DNA from: Thermoanaerobaculia bacterium
GTDB taxonomy: Bacteria; Acidobacteriota; Thermoanaerobaculia; Gp7-AA8
Reading direction: 5' to 3'
Length of the DNA stretch: 64,000 bases
Assembly: GCA_038230535.1 (NCBI GenBank)
Contig: JBBRNB010000009.1
Coordinates: forward strand, 7,729-71,728
Part shown: in pieces, positions 30,235 through 38,940 of the stretch
Numbering within the stretch: position 1 is the stretch's first letter
Layout of the letters: every line of letters starts with the position of its first letter
The notes under the pieces: model-generated
The model's database searches: none
Told to the model about the DNA's origin: nothing
Seen by the model: the letters and a program-made list of their open reading frames with translations, nothing else
Position numbers and translations under genes: made by a program

Positions 30235-30456
30235 TCTGCGCTGCGCGCGTTGGCTGCACTTCGTGCGTTATCTGCGCTGCGCGCGTTATCTGCACTTCGT
30301 GCGTTATCTGCGCTGCGCGCGTAGGCTGCGCTGCGCGCGTTGGCTGCGTCTGTGGGAGCGCGGAGAACGCACGAAGTGCAGATAACGCGCGCCAGCGCAG
30401 ATAACGCACGAAGTGCAGATAACGCTCGCCAGCGCAGACAACGCGCGCAGCGCAAT
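30235..30456. repeat. Palindromic cassette of 18-bp (2x9) tandem units
   Basis: About 6 copies of gcgttatctgc(gctgcgc/acttcgt), followed by about 4-5 reverse-complement copies gcagataacgc(acgaagt/gcgccagc). Confidence 0.85.
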
Positions 30457-30458
30457 TC

Positions 30459-31010
30459 TCACACTTTCTTCGGCGCGACTCGCGACACTCCCCCCGACAC
30501 GACGAGCGCCATGACGCTCGCGCTGTCGACGGCAAGCTGCTCCACCCGATCCCGGCCGACGACGATGAGCGTCCCGGCCACGCTGTACGAGAACGGAAGA
30601 TAGACAGCGATCTGGCCGGGCATCGACAGGAACCCCAGGTCGTCCTGCGTGACGAAGCCGAGCGTCCGGACCCCCTCGGTGATGGTGACTGCCACCGGTT
30701 GATCGAAGCGCTTCTTATCGCCCACGAAGGCGTCGAGCAGATCCTTGATCGACGCATAGACCAGCCGAACGAGCGGCGCACGATTGAAGATCGCGTCCGT
30801 CAGGCCGAGAAACTTCTTGACGAAGAAGTTCGAGGCCACCGCACCGATGGCGATGATCGCCACGATCGTGATGCCGAACCCCGCCCCAGGCGTCCGCAGG
30901 TTCAGCAACCGGTCGATCCGGACGAAGGCTTCATAGAGGAGATAAAGCGTCAGCGCGATCGGTACGACGATGACAAGACCACGAAGGAAGTTCTTGATGA
31001 GCCAGTTCAT
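30459..31010 (-). CDS. DUF502 domain membrane protein
   Basis: FLRGL....P..LT, R.PLVR.VY.SIKD...AF, LGFVT, VY.P.SY...G. Confidence 0.85.
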   Translation of the reverse strand: MNWLIKNFLRGLVIVVPIALTLYLLYEAFVRIDRLLNLRTPGAGFGITIVAIIAIGAVASNFFVKKFLGLTDAIFNRAPLVRLVYASIKDLLDAFVGDKKRFDQPVAVTITEGVRTLGFVTQDDLGFLSMPGQIAVYLPFSYSVAGTLIVVGRDRVEQLAVDSASVMALVVSGGVSRVAPKKV

Positions 31011-31026
31011 GGGGGTAATCGTAAGC

Positions 31027-31130
31027 CGGGGAGTGGGGAGTGGGGGGGAGGGGGGGGAGATCGCGGTCGCAGTTTTCCAGGTTCATCCTCTGGTTCTCCC
31101 ACACCCCACCCCCCACGCCCCACCCCCGAT
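31027..31130. repeat. Palindromic 7-mer (GGGGAGT) cassette in divergent intergenic region
   Basis: cggggagtggggagtgggggg ... ccaccccacccccacgccccacccccg. Confidence 0.7.
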
Positions 31131-31153
31131 ACGCTAAACTCCCGCATACAGCA

Positions 31154-31549
31154 ATGCCTGACAGGCAATCCCTGGCCGACCTCTACGATCGACACGCACC
31201 GCGCTTGTACGCGATCGCGATTCGTATCACCGAGGACCGCGATGCGGCGGCAGATGCCCTCGAGGCGGCGTTCCTGGGATTGTCACGGGGTGAAGACGTT
31301 CGCGATGAAGTGGCCTATCTCATCCATGCCACGCGCGACTGTGCGCTGGCGAGACAAACCCGACCGGCCTCGGCAGCCGTAGTATCGAAGGAGCCCAGCC
31401 CAAGGACCATCGTCGAGGACGCCTGGTACAAGGGTATGAATGTGAAGGATTTGGCTTCGAGGTACGGCATTTCGGAGGAGAATGCCAGGGGGATGTTGTG
31501 CGAGGGAATGGCACAATTGCGGACGCAGTTTGCGGCAGGAACGAAATGA
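31154..31549 (+). CDS. Short degenerate ECF sigma-70-like protein
   Basis: LYDRHAPRLYAIAIRI..D...A.D.....F (region 2-like) and WYKGM...DLA...GI....ARG.L..G...LR (region 4-like); only 131 aa. Confidence 0.72.
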   Translation: MPDRQSLADLYDRHAPRLYAIAIRITEDRDAAADALEAAFLGLSRGEDVRDEVAYLIHATRDCALARQTRPASAAVVSKEPSPRTIVEDAWYKGMNVKDLASRYGISEENARGMLCEGMAQLRTQFAAGTK

Positions 31550-32001
31550 CCGAAACCCTTACTCGCGAAGACGTGAGTCTTCTCAACGCCATCGTAGCCG
31601 AGTCGATCGACCCGATCGCCCCGCCGGCCGCGTTGCGCGCCCGAATTCTGAGCGCTGCCACCGCCGCGCCCCAGAACACGCGTACCGTGCGCTCGGATGA
31701 AGGCCGCTGGCATCGCATCGTTCCCGGCGTTACGGTGAAAACCCTTTCGGTCGACATGGAGCGCGACACCGCCACGATCCTGATGACCCTGGAGCCGGGA
31801 TCGATCGTGCCCAGCCACGGCCACTCAGGCCCCGAGGATTCGTTCGTCGTCAGCGGCAGTTGCCGCATCGGCCCGAACTACCTGCTCAAAGGCGACTTCC
31901 ATCACGCCGATGGCGGTACGCATCACGATGACCTCATCAGCGATGAAGGTTGCGTTCTGCTGATGGTCGTCGATCGCGCTGACTATCTCGCCGCGGCGTA
32001 G
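31546..32001 (+). CDS. ChrR-like cupin protein (anti-sigma-like)
   Basis: PPAALRARIL linker, W....PGV..K.L, P.HGH.G.E...V.SG, GDFH, H......GC; ATGA-coupled to the sigma-like gene. Confidence 0.85.
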   Translation: MTETLTREDVSLLNAIVAESIDPIAPPAALRARILSAATAAPQNTRTVRSDEGRWHRIVPGVTVKTLSVDMERDTATILMTLEPGSIVPSHGHSGPEDSFVVSGSCRIGPNYLLKGDFHHADGGTHHDDLISDEGCVLLMVVDRADYLAAA

Positions 32002-32014
32002 AAGCCGTCCCCCT

Positions 32015-32154
32015 TCCCAAAGCGGTGGCTGGCGCCACCGCACTCCAAAGCGCGCCTTCGGCGCGCGAAAACCCGTGCAGGGCTAACGAGAATTGACAAC
32101 ATCATTTCGCGCGAAGCGCTTTGGAGTGCGGTGGCGCCAGCCACCGCTTTGGGA
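32015..32154. repeat. Inverted REP pair (TTGGAGTGCGGTGGC...GCCACCGCTTTGG family)
   Basis: Near-perfect arms of about 38 bp at 32015-32052 and 32116-32154; same family at 48696-48875. Confidence 0.85.
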
Positions 32155-32212
32155 GGGCTGGGTTGGGGGCAGACAAGCAAGCATGACAGGGCAAAATTGT
32201 CGTCACCTCTCA

Positions 32213-32731
32213 TCATCCGAGGAGCTTCCCCACGGCGGCGGCCGCAGCCGCGAACCTCACTTCCCAATCGCCGCGAATGACGACGAGCTCCGCCCCGAAC
32301 CCAGCAAGCGTCGTCGCGAGCTCACCATGCAGGACGCCGCGCGCGGCCGCGGAGTCACGCACAGTATCCGCGGCCCATGGCACATCGATGTCCGTCAACA
32401 GGTAGAGGTTTGCCTCCCGCGATTTCGCCTCGGCGACGATCCACTCGGGGCAGTCGCCGTAGTAGTGCCGGCTGTAGACGACGGTGCTGATGAGATCCGT
32501 ATCGAGGATGACCAGACCTTCGTTCGCGGCCGCATCCGCGAGCGCCATCTGTCCTCGGGCGATCGGAACGACATCGTCATACGTCAACAGTCGCCCAACC
32601 CGCAGCGCGTACTCCCGCGCGAACTCGGGAACCGACCGAACGCCGAAGCGGCCGGCAAGACGCTCCGCGAGCGTGCTCTTGCCGGTGCACTCCGGACCGA
32701 TCAGGCAGACGCGAGTGCCGAGCGGCGCCAA
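32213..32731 (-). CDS. NadR-type ribosylnicotinamide-kinase-like AAA/P-loop protein
   Basis: GPECTGKSTL Walker A, VPEFAREY, DTD, D.PW..D..RD motifs of the NadR kinase domain. Confidence 0.85.
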   Translation of the reverse strand: MAPLGTRVCLIGPECTGKSTLAERLAGRFGVRSVPEFAREYALRVGRLLTYDDVVPIARGQMALADAAANEGLVILDTDLISTVVYSRHYYGDCPEWIVAEAKSREANLYLLTDIDVPWAADTVRDSAAARGVLHGELATTLAGFGAELVVIRGDWEVRFAAAAAAVGKLLG

Positions 32732-33339
32732 TCGATCAGCCCTTTAAAGCAGAGGAAGACGAAGAACGCGTAGAGCACCGCCGTCGGATAGAGCTTCTGG
32801 TTGATGAACATGACGACGTAGATGACGTCGACGATCGCCCAGATGAGCCAGTTCTCGACGATCTTCATGTTCAGCATGAACTGCCCGACGATGCTGAAGG
32901 CGGTCGTCACGGCATCCCAGATTGGCAGCGACGCGTCATGCGCAGTCAGCCGCAACAGCCAGAGCAACCCGAACGTGAGAACGACGCCGATGGACATCAG
33001 CGCCGTCCACATCCGCAACGAGGCGCTCGTGATCTTCAGCTCGGTCTTGTTCGCGCCGCCGTGCAGCCATTCGTACCACCCGTGGATCGACAACACGAAG
33101 TAGATGACCTGCAGGCCTGCATTCAGGTAGAGATGCGAGCGCCAGAAAACGGCAAGATACAGCAGCACGCTGGCGATACCGGCCGGCCAGGTCCAGATGT
33201 TCTCTTTGATGGCCAGCCAGACGTTGGCCAGCGTGAAAAGGACCGCCACCATCTCCAGCGGAGTGAATGTCTCCTTGATCACCAGCCAGACGTTTGCCAG
33301 CGTGTTGCCTGCCACCATCCCGATGAGAGTGATCGTCAC
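32701..33339 (-). CDS. pnuC: PnuC-family vitamin transporter (thiamine-type by context)
   Basis: NIW.WP.G, LQ..Y...SIHGWYEW, DA.TT..S..GQ......ENW..W...D. Confidence 0.92.
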   Translation of the reverse strand: MTITLIGMVAGNTLANVWLVIKETFTPLEMVAVLFTLANVWLAIKENIWTWPAGIASVLLYLAVFWRSHLYLNAGLQVIYFVLSIHGWYEWLHGGANKTELKITSASLRMWTALMSIGVVLTFGLLWLLRLTAHDASLPIWDAVTTAFSIVGQFMLNMKIVENWLIWAIVDVIYVVMFINQKLYPTAVLYAFFVFLCFKGLIDWRRSALASA

Positions 33340-35579
33340 CGCCGGAAATCTACCATCACGGTGGCGTTCCGCGTCGCCTGCGGGTAGTAGTACGCCGTCC
33401 CTTCGATCGTCCTGGCCGGCGTGAGAAAGAGGTAGCTGTATCCGCTCGGAAAGACGCGCTTGTTGTTCAGCAGGTTGTTGACCTGCAGATGAATGCTGGT
33501 GTTGTGCGACATGGCGAAGGCGGCATTGGACTCGAGCGTGGTGAACGCTGGCGCGACGAATGCTCCGTTGTTCGTGTTGTCGAGATACGAGCGTCCCACG
33601 TGCCGGCCGGTGAGGCCGAGGGTGATTGTCGACGACGGCGTGTACTCGATGGTCTGGTTGACGATCATCGCCGGAGTCAGCACCGGGTTCACATCATGGA
33701 AGGTGATCGGCTGGCTGCCGGCGATGTTCCCCGCGGCGTCGTAGACGTCGTAGAACTGCGTCCAGGTGTGGATACTGTTGCGGCTCAGGTTGGCGTTGCC
33801 GCGCAGCTTCCATCGCTGCACCGGCTTCCAGCCGTATTCGATCTCGATCCCGCGGCGGTAGCTGCGATCGACGTTGCGGCGCAGGAGCAATCCGATCGGA
33901 GACAGCTCGCCGGCCGATGCGATCTCGTTGTGGAAGTTCATGGCGTAGACATTCGCGTGCAGCGTCGCCGATGACGTGCGATAGTCCCAGCCAGCCTCGA
34001 GATCGACGAGCCGCTCCGGGCGGACGGCGTGCAGGTCATGAGCAAAGGAGGCGTTGTCTTCACCCTGAAAGAGATCGTTGCGCGCCGGCTCACGTGTCGA
34101 CATACCTGCCGATGCGTAGACGCCGCTGGCGGACGATAGGTCGTAGCGAGCACCGAGCTTGGGATTGAAGAACGTCCAGCGGATCGGAGCGATGTCGCCA
34201 TCGCCGTGGTAGTGAAAGTTCGTCGTCCGAAGCTGCGCGTCGGAGTAGAGATGCCAGTGCGCCTGGTCGTAGCTCAGTTTGGCGAAGGCGTTGGCCTCCC
34301 CTTTCGTGCCGTAGTTGAAATAGTCGCGCGCGCCGCCAACCTCATCGAGCGTGTGCTCGCGGCGGAACTCGTTGACGTGCAGACCGTAGTTCGCCGTCCA
34401 CGGACCGTGCGTCGTGCTCATCGTGAGCATCGAGCCGGTCAGAAGTCCGTCGAGACCGTATTGGGAGCCGGAGAGGCGATACCAGCCGTAGCCGCGCTGA
34501 TAGAAGACCGACGCCGTCATGCTCGTCGCCGGCGAGAGAGCGCGCAGGTACTGCAACTGCGCCAGGTCGTACCCGAAGCTGTCGCGATCCTGAGGAGTGA
34601 ACGGATTCGCGCGCAAATTGTGGGCGAGCGTGTCTGCGTCCGCCGCGACGAACGATTGCGCCGTCCACTCGTGCGCCGTGAAGCCGGTCAGGCGGAGCTG
34701 CGAATTCTCGTTCTGCTTCGCCGCGCTGACGAAAAGGTTGTGCGCGCGATAGCCCGATGATTCCCGAAAGCCGTCCGACTGGTCCGCGGAGAGGCGCGCG
34801 TAAAACGCGTAACCGCCAGGCAGGTTCCCCGACTGGTATCCGACGCTCGCCGTCCTGGTGCCGAATGACCCGATGCCGAGCTCCCCGCTGGTCGATTCCG
34901 CCGGCGTTAGCGCGATCGACTCGAGGTTGATGGAGCCTCCGAACGACGGAGAGCCAACCGTCGACGTCCCCACCCCGCGCTGCACCTGGATCGATTGCAA
35001 CGACCGGGCGAGGTCGGGGAAGTCGGCGAAGTACGTCCCCATATCCTCCGAGTCGGCCAGCGGCACCCCGTCGAGCGTGAAGTTGAGCCGGGTCGGACTG
35101 ATCCCTCGCAACGTGATGTACGAGTATCCCGATCCCCCCACCCCAGCTTCGGCGTACGTATCGATCGACGGCGTATCGCGCAGCAGGAGCGGGATGTCCT
35201 GACCGTAGTAATCGCGCTCGATCGTGCCGCGATCAACGTCACTCTTCGTCACCGGCGTCTTCGCCTCCGCGCGAATCCCGCTGACGACGATGTTCTCCGC
35301 AAGCCCTGGCCGCAAGGTGATGACGATGTCCTTGCCAGCGACCGCGGTAACCGCTACGGCCTGAAACCCGTTTCGCGTCACAACGACAGTGTAGCTTCCC
35401 GCCGGAACATCGATCGCGAAGATGCCCGTTTCGCCGGTCACCACGCGATGGCCATCCACTTCGACCGAGGCCTGCCCGACCGGCTGTCCATCCACCCCAT
35501 GGACGACGCCGCGAACGGTGGCGGCTGAAACAAGAGTGGGGAAAAAGAGGAAAAACAAAACCACTCGGAGAGCGCGCAT
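33336..35579 (-). CDS. TonB-dependent receptor, putative thiamine uptake
   Basis: Signal peptide, carboxypeptidase-regulatory-like N-domain, plug 'GQDIP.LL..TPS....E.G...GY....LRG....R.N.T.DGVPL.D.ED', IQVQRGVGTS, C-terminal YYPQA.RN. Confidence 0.92.
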   Translation of the reverse strand: MRALRVVLFFLFFPTLVSAATVRGVVHGVDGQPVGQASVEVDGHRVVTGETGIFAIDVPAGSYTVVVTRNGFQAVAVTAVAGKDIVITLRPGLAENIVVSGIRAEAKTPVTKSDVDRGTIERDYYGQDIPLLLRDTPSIDTYAEAGVGGSGYSYITLRGISPTRLNFTLDGVPLADSEDMGTYFADFPDLARSLQSIQVQRGVGTSTVGSPSFGGSINLESIALTPAESTSGELGIGSFGTRTASVGYQSGNLPGGYAFYARLSADQSDGFRESSGYRAHNLFVSAAKQNENSQLRLTGFTAHEWTAQSFVAADADTLAHNLRANPFTPQDRDSFGYDLAQLQYLRALSPATSMTASVFYQRGYGWYRLSGSQYGLDGLLTGSMLTMSTTHGPWTANYGLHVNEFRREHTLDEVGGARDYFNYGTKGEANAFAKLSYDQAHWHLYSDAQLRTTNFHYHGDGDIAPIRWTFFNPKLGARYDLSSASGVYASAGMSTREPARNDLFQGEDNASFAHDLHAVRPERLVDLEAGWDYRTSSATLHANVYAMNFHNEIASAGELSPIGLLLRRNVDRSYRRGIEIEYGWKPVQRWKLRGNANLSRNSIHTWTQFYDVYDAAGNIAGSQPITFHDVNPVLTPAMIVNQTIEYTPSSTITLGLTGRHVGRSYLDNTNNGAFVAPAFTTLESNAAFAMSHNTSIHLQVNNLLNNKRVFPSGYSYLFLTPARTIEGTAYYYPQATRNATVMVDFRR

Positions 35580-35585
35580 GAATAC

Positions 35586-35674
35586 CCCATTGCCTTTTCC
35601 TACGCCGGTCTCAACCGGTTCAGGTTCCAGGGTGTGATCTCAGGCCGAAAACGGCCACCCCTAGGCGATGGGGT
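35586..35674 (-). ncRNA. TPP (THI-box) riboswitch
   Basis: Minus strand AGGGGTG-GCCGTTTTCGGC-CTGAGA-TCACACCC-TGGAACCTGAA-CCGGTTGAGACCGG-CGTAGGAA matches the TPP aptamer consensus; flanks CCCCATCGCCT / AGGCAATGGGG can pair next to the start codon. Confidence 0.92.
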
Positions 35675-35676
35675 GA

Positions 35677-35952
35677 TATTACTACATTGGTGGGTTTTGC
35701 TGGGCCGGCGGCGCCTGCCCTTCCGGCAGCGGCAGAACCGTGTGGGGAACGGACGTCTACACGAACGACTCAGCGATGTGTACCGCCGGTGTCCACGCCG
35801 CAATGATCACCACTCAGTACGGCGGGACGTTCACGATCCAGATCCTGGCGGCCCAGTCGTCCTACCGCGGCTCCAAACGCAACGGTGTCACGACGAGCAG
35901 CTATGGTCCCTGGCAGTGCAGCTATCGGTTCGTCCCCACCGTGCGGAGGTGA
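35677..35952 (+). pseudogene. Isolated LCCL domain, probably a 5'-truncated gene remnant
   Basis: CP......VWGTDVYTNDSAMCTAGVHA...GG.........SY.GSKRNGVT..SYG.W is the LCCL consensus; in-frame stop at 35674 and no start codon before the domain. Confidence 0.65.
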
Positions 35953-36073
35953 GGCGGGGTGGTGCGTGAACGATCAGCGACATGGTCCGTTTGCATCGAC
36001 TCACGCCCGAAGTTTCTGCGGAACGCCGGCGTCCCGCGCCTGTGTCCCTTGGCGGTCCGGCTAGAATTGCCTT

Positions 36074-36331
36074 GTGCCGGAAATCAGCCGTTTCTTCGGG
36101 ATCATCATCACGATCAATTATCGCGAGCACGAAGCTCCTCACTTTCACGCCTGGTACGCAGGTAAAGACATCACTGTCCGAATCGCCGACGGATCGTTGG
36201 CCGGAGAGATGCAGCGGAGAGCGCTTGCGCTCGTCCTGGAGTGGTGGCATCTTCATCGCACTGAACTACTGGAGAACTGGCAACTCGCGCAGAGCGGCCT
36301 GCCTCTGAAAAAGATCGAACCTTTGGACTAA
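36074..36331 (+). CDS. DUF4160 domain protein (putative toxin of a type II TA pair)
   Basis: MPEISRFFGIII......EH..PHFHA.Y...W..LH..EL.ENW...I.PL; TAGAAT-N6-GTG promoter. Confidence 0.9.
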   Translation: MPEISRFFGIIITINYREHEAPHFHAWYAGKDITVRIADGSLAGEMQRRALALVLEWWHLHRTELLENWQLAQSGLPLKKIEPLD

Positions 36332-36334
36332 CGC

Positions 36335-36577
36335 ATGGACTACACAGTTGTCGAAGCACGTTACGTTCGCGATTTCACCATCTGGGCGAAGTTCAAAGAT
36401 GGAAGCGCGGGAGAAATCGACCTGCGTGATGAGCTGGTGGGCCCGATCTTCGAGCCGCTGAAGAACATCGCCTACTTCCGGAACTTCACCATCGCCGAAT
36501 ACGGCACGATCTGCTGGCCAAACGGGGCGGACATAGCGCCGGAACGCCTGTACGAAAAAGTCCACGTGCATGCCTGA
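36335..36577 (+). CDS. DUF2442 domain protein (putative antitoxin)
   Basis: F.DG....IDL...L.G.IFEPLK....F.......GTI.WPNGADIAPE.LY. Confidence 0.9.
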   Translation: MDYTVVEARYVRDFTIWAKFKDGSAGEIDLRDELVGPIFEPLKNIAYFRNFTIAEYGTICWPNGADIAPERLYEKVHVHA

Positions 36578-36582
36578 TCAAC

Positions 36583-36695
36583 CGCACCGTTCAGGAGTTG
36601 CTCGGCCACCGCGACGTGGCCACGAGTATGATCTACACGCGCACGTCAAGCAACTCGGCCGATCGCGCCTACGCAGCCCGTTTGATGGACCGTAG
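36583..36695 (+). pseudogene. C-terminal remnant of a tyrosine recombinase, integron-integrase-like, frameshifted
   Basis: RTVQELLGHRDVATSMIYT, then after a 2-nt insertion HVKQLGRSRLRSPFDGP*, matching the IntI tail pattern RTVQELLGH.DV.TTMIYTHV......VRSPLD. Confidence 0.78.
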
Positions 36696-36705
36696 CCGAG
36701 GAGTC

Positions 36706-37032
36706 ATGATGAGGAGCGATGGCGAGAAAGAGGACAGGGTGCCACTCGGCGGCCTGTTCGGGAAGGTCGCGAGACTCTCGAAACTCTTTATCCCGGCCGG
36801 TCAAGCCGTGGTCGCGTTCTTCTACGGATGGGAGCGGGCAACGAAAACGATGGCCGAGAAGAACTTGGTTCTGATTGGCGCACCCATCTTGTTCTTGATG
36901 TTCGGTCTGTTCGTCTATCTGCTGGCTGACCTCCTTCATCCTGCGGGGGATAACTTTCTCCTTGTGATCCTCTGTGTCGGCGCCGGATTTCTTCTCGCCG
37001 CACTTGTTAATGACCTAAGAAGTAAGGAGTAG
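36706..37032 (+). CDS. Hypothetical small membrane protein, lower GC
   Basis: GAGGAG SD; three hydrophobic segments; AT-richer codons than neighbours. Confidence 0.55.
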   Translation: MMRSDGEKEDRVPLGGLFGKVARLSKLFIPAGQAVVAFFYGWERATKTMAEKNLVLIGAPILFLMFGLFVYLLADLLHPAGDNFLLVILCVGAGFLLAALVNDLRSKE

Positions 37033-37180
37033 AACCGCCTTTCTCTCCTGTTCCTCGCTTCTTCCAGCTCCCCAGGTGGGGTGCTCAATGTGGGAGGCAT
37101 GGTGTAGACACTGGAATCGGAACCACTCGCAACGTACATCTGCGGGCCCCGACTTCTCGTCGTGCCGTTAGACTCAATCG

Positions 37181-37834
37181 ATGCTCCTCTCGTGGCTCCT
37201 CTACTGCGGCTTCGCAGTTTCACTCGCTGGTGCTGTTGCAACCGTGCCGCGGCGGAGACGCCGGTTGGGCGTGATGATGTTGATCAGCGGCATCGCTTCC
37301 GCGGGGATCGCGCTCTTATGGCCGGTGCGCGAGCAGCACGCCGAGGGCGTCCACTCGCATCTCGACGAGATCGTGCCGCGGTGGCAGTTCGATGAGCGAC
37401 ACGAGATCCGGATCGATGCGACGCCGGAGCGGATCTACACGGCAATCCAGGATGCCACGGCAGGCGAGATCCACTTCTTCCAAATGCTGACGGCCATTCG
37501 CCGGTTTGGCAGCGGGGGCGGGGAGAGCATCCTCAACGCGCCGAGCGATCAGGCGATCCTGGCTGTTGCCACACGCTCCGGTTTTCGTCTGCTGGTCGAC
37601 GACGCTCCGCACGAACTGGTCGTCGGTACGCACGTCGCGCCGCAATCCGTTGCCGTGATGAACTTCCGTATCGAGAGCGGGGGACTGCTGACGACGGAGA
37701 CACGAGTTTTCTCGCAAACGGACTCCGAGCGCCGCAAGTTTGCCGTCTACTGGCGCCTCATCCGTCCCGGCAGTGGGATCATTCGCCAGAGCTGGCTCGA
37801 GGCGATCAAGCGGCGCGCGGAGGCGAAACGGTGA
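37181..37834 (+). CDS. Hypothetical membrane-anchored protein
   Basis: Two N-terminal TMs; LDE..P.WQF.ERH...I.A, L.TETRV, F..YWRLIRPGSGIIR; TAGACT-N6-ATG promoter. Confidence 0.72.
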   Translation: MLLSWLLYCGFAVSLAGAVATVPRRRRRLGVMMLISGIASAGIALLWPVREQHAEGVHSHLDEIVPRWQFDERHEIRIDATPERIYTAIQDATAGEIHFFQMLTAIRRFGSGGGESILNAPSDQAILAVATRSGFRLLVDDAPHELVVGTHVAPQSVAVMNFRIESGGLLTTETRVFSQTDSERRKFAVYWRLIRPGSGIIRQSWLEAIKRRAEAKR

Positions 37835-38283
37835 CTGAGTCGACGCAAATGACCGGAGAGATCGTGGCGATCTGGATCAAGCGCGCGCACCGCGGCGTGA
37901 TGGACGCGGCCGTCGAGGCGCTGGCAGTGACCGGCCGCGGTCTGGCCGGAAACGCCGATCAGGGAAGGCGACGTCAGGTCACCATCATCGATGCCACAGC
38001 GTGGCGTGCTGCCGCATCCGAGGCTGGAGGGGAGGTCGATCCGTCGAAGAGACGGGCCAACATCATGCTGGAAGGCATCGCACTCGAGGAAACGCGCGGC
38101 AGGCTCCTCCGGCTGGGTGACTGCGTCGTCCGCATCCTCGGCGAGACCCGGCCTTGCGAGCGGATGGAAGAGGCTCAGCCCGGCCTGTGCCAGGCCCTTG
38201 GCAGAGCCTGGCGTGGGGGGGTATTCGGCGAGATCGTCGAGGGGGGAGCAATCAGGGTAGGTGACAGGGCAGAGCTCATCTGA
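37831..38283 (+). CDS. MOSC domain protein
   Basis: GL.GNAD....RQVT, RRANI...G, GET.PC.RM, GG....I..GG.I.VGD. Confidence 0.9.
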   Translation: MTESTQMTGEIVAIWIKRAHRGVMDAAVEALAVTGRGLAGNADQGRRRQVTIIDATAWRAAASEAGGEVDPSKRRANIMLEGIALEETRGRLLRLGDCVVRILGETRPCERMEEAQPGLCQALGRAWRGGVFGEIVEGGAIRVGDRAELI

Positions 38284-38300
38284 TCTGATATCGTTTACCT

Positions 38301-38837
38301 ATGCCGCACCACTACCCGCAAGAGGCCGTCTTACGCGATGGCCGCAAAGTTCTCCTTCGTCCCTTCGCCGAGAAAGACGTTGACGCACTGTTCGAGTTTT
38401 TCCAGCATCTGCCGTCTTCCTACCGCCGCTTCGCCTGGGACCCGATCGACAATCACTCCCTGATTGAAAGTTGGGGCCGCGACATCGACTACGCGAAGGT
38501 CCTTCCCGTTCTGGCGCTCGACGGCCACCACATCGTTGCCGATGCAACGTTGCATCGCCGTATTGGCGGTCCCCTCCGACTGACCGGCCGGATCAAATGG
38601 ATGATCGATCCAGCCTTCCGCGGCGTCGGTCTCGGCACGTTGCTGGTGAACCAGTTCATCGGCATCGCCCGCGAGAAAGGCCTCCGTCATCTGAACGCGA
38701 TGCTGATCTCCGATCTCGAAGCCGACGCCGTAACCACTCTGCAGAACCTAGGATTCGTTCCGTACGTGATGCCCGGTTACGGTACCGATCCCGACGGCAA
38801 TCAGCACGACATGACGAAGCTGCTGCTGAAGTTGTGA
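38301..38837 (+). CDS. GNAT family N-acetyltransferase
   Basis: LRDG..V.LRP, IDY......LA, FRGVGLGTLL acetyl-CoA motif, LGF. Confidence 0.88.
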   Translation: MPHHYPQEAVLRDGRKVLLRPFAEKDVDALFEFFQHLPSSYRRFAWDPIDNHSLIESWGRDIDYAKVLPVLALDGHHIVADATLHRRIGGPLRLTGRIKWMIDPAFRGVGLGTLLVNQFIGIAREKGLRHLNAMLISDLEADAVTTLQNLGFVPYVMPGYGTDPDGNQHDMTKLLLKL

Positions 38838-38842
38838 GTGTG

Positions 38843-38940
38843 GTGTCATCCCGAGCGTGGCGAGGGACCTGGGCGGGAGGCAGTTTTTCAATTTTTGCGC
38901 CCCCGCCCGCCCAGGTCCCTCGCTACGCTCGGGATGACAC
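38843..38940. repeat. Inverted REP pair (GTCATCCCGAGCGxxGCGAGGGA family) between convergent genes
   Basis: Arms of about 34 bp: gtgtcatcccgagcgtggcgagggacctgggcggg / cccgcccaggtccctcgctacgctcgggatgacac; related half element near 56570. Confidence 0.88.

Noticed and set aside
30099-30455. ORFs with ARSADN / ALSALR repeats
   Set aside because: These are translations of the palindromic 18-bp DNA repeat; open in several frames on both strands with no start context.
37033-37175. Possible attC site after the low-GC ORF
   Set aside because: No matching RYYYAAC/GTTRRRY boxes with the required internal palindrome could be identified by eye.
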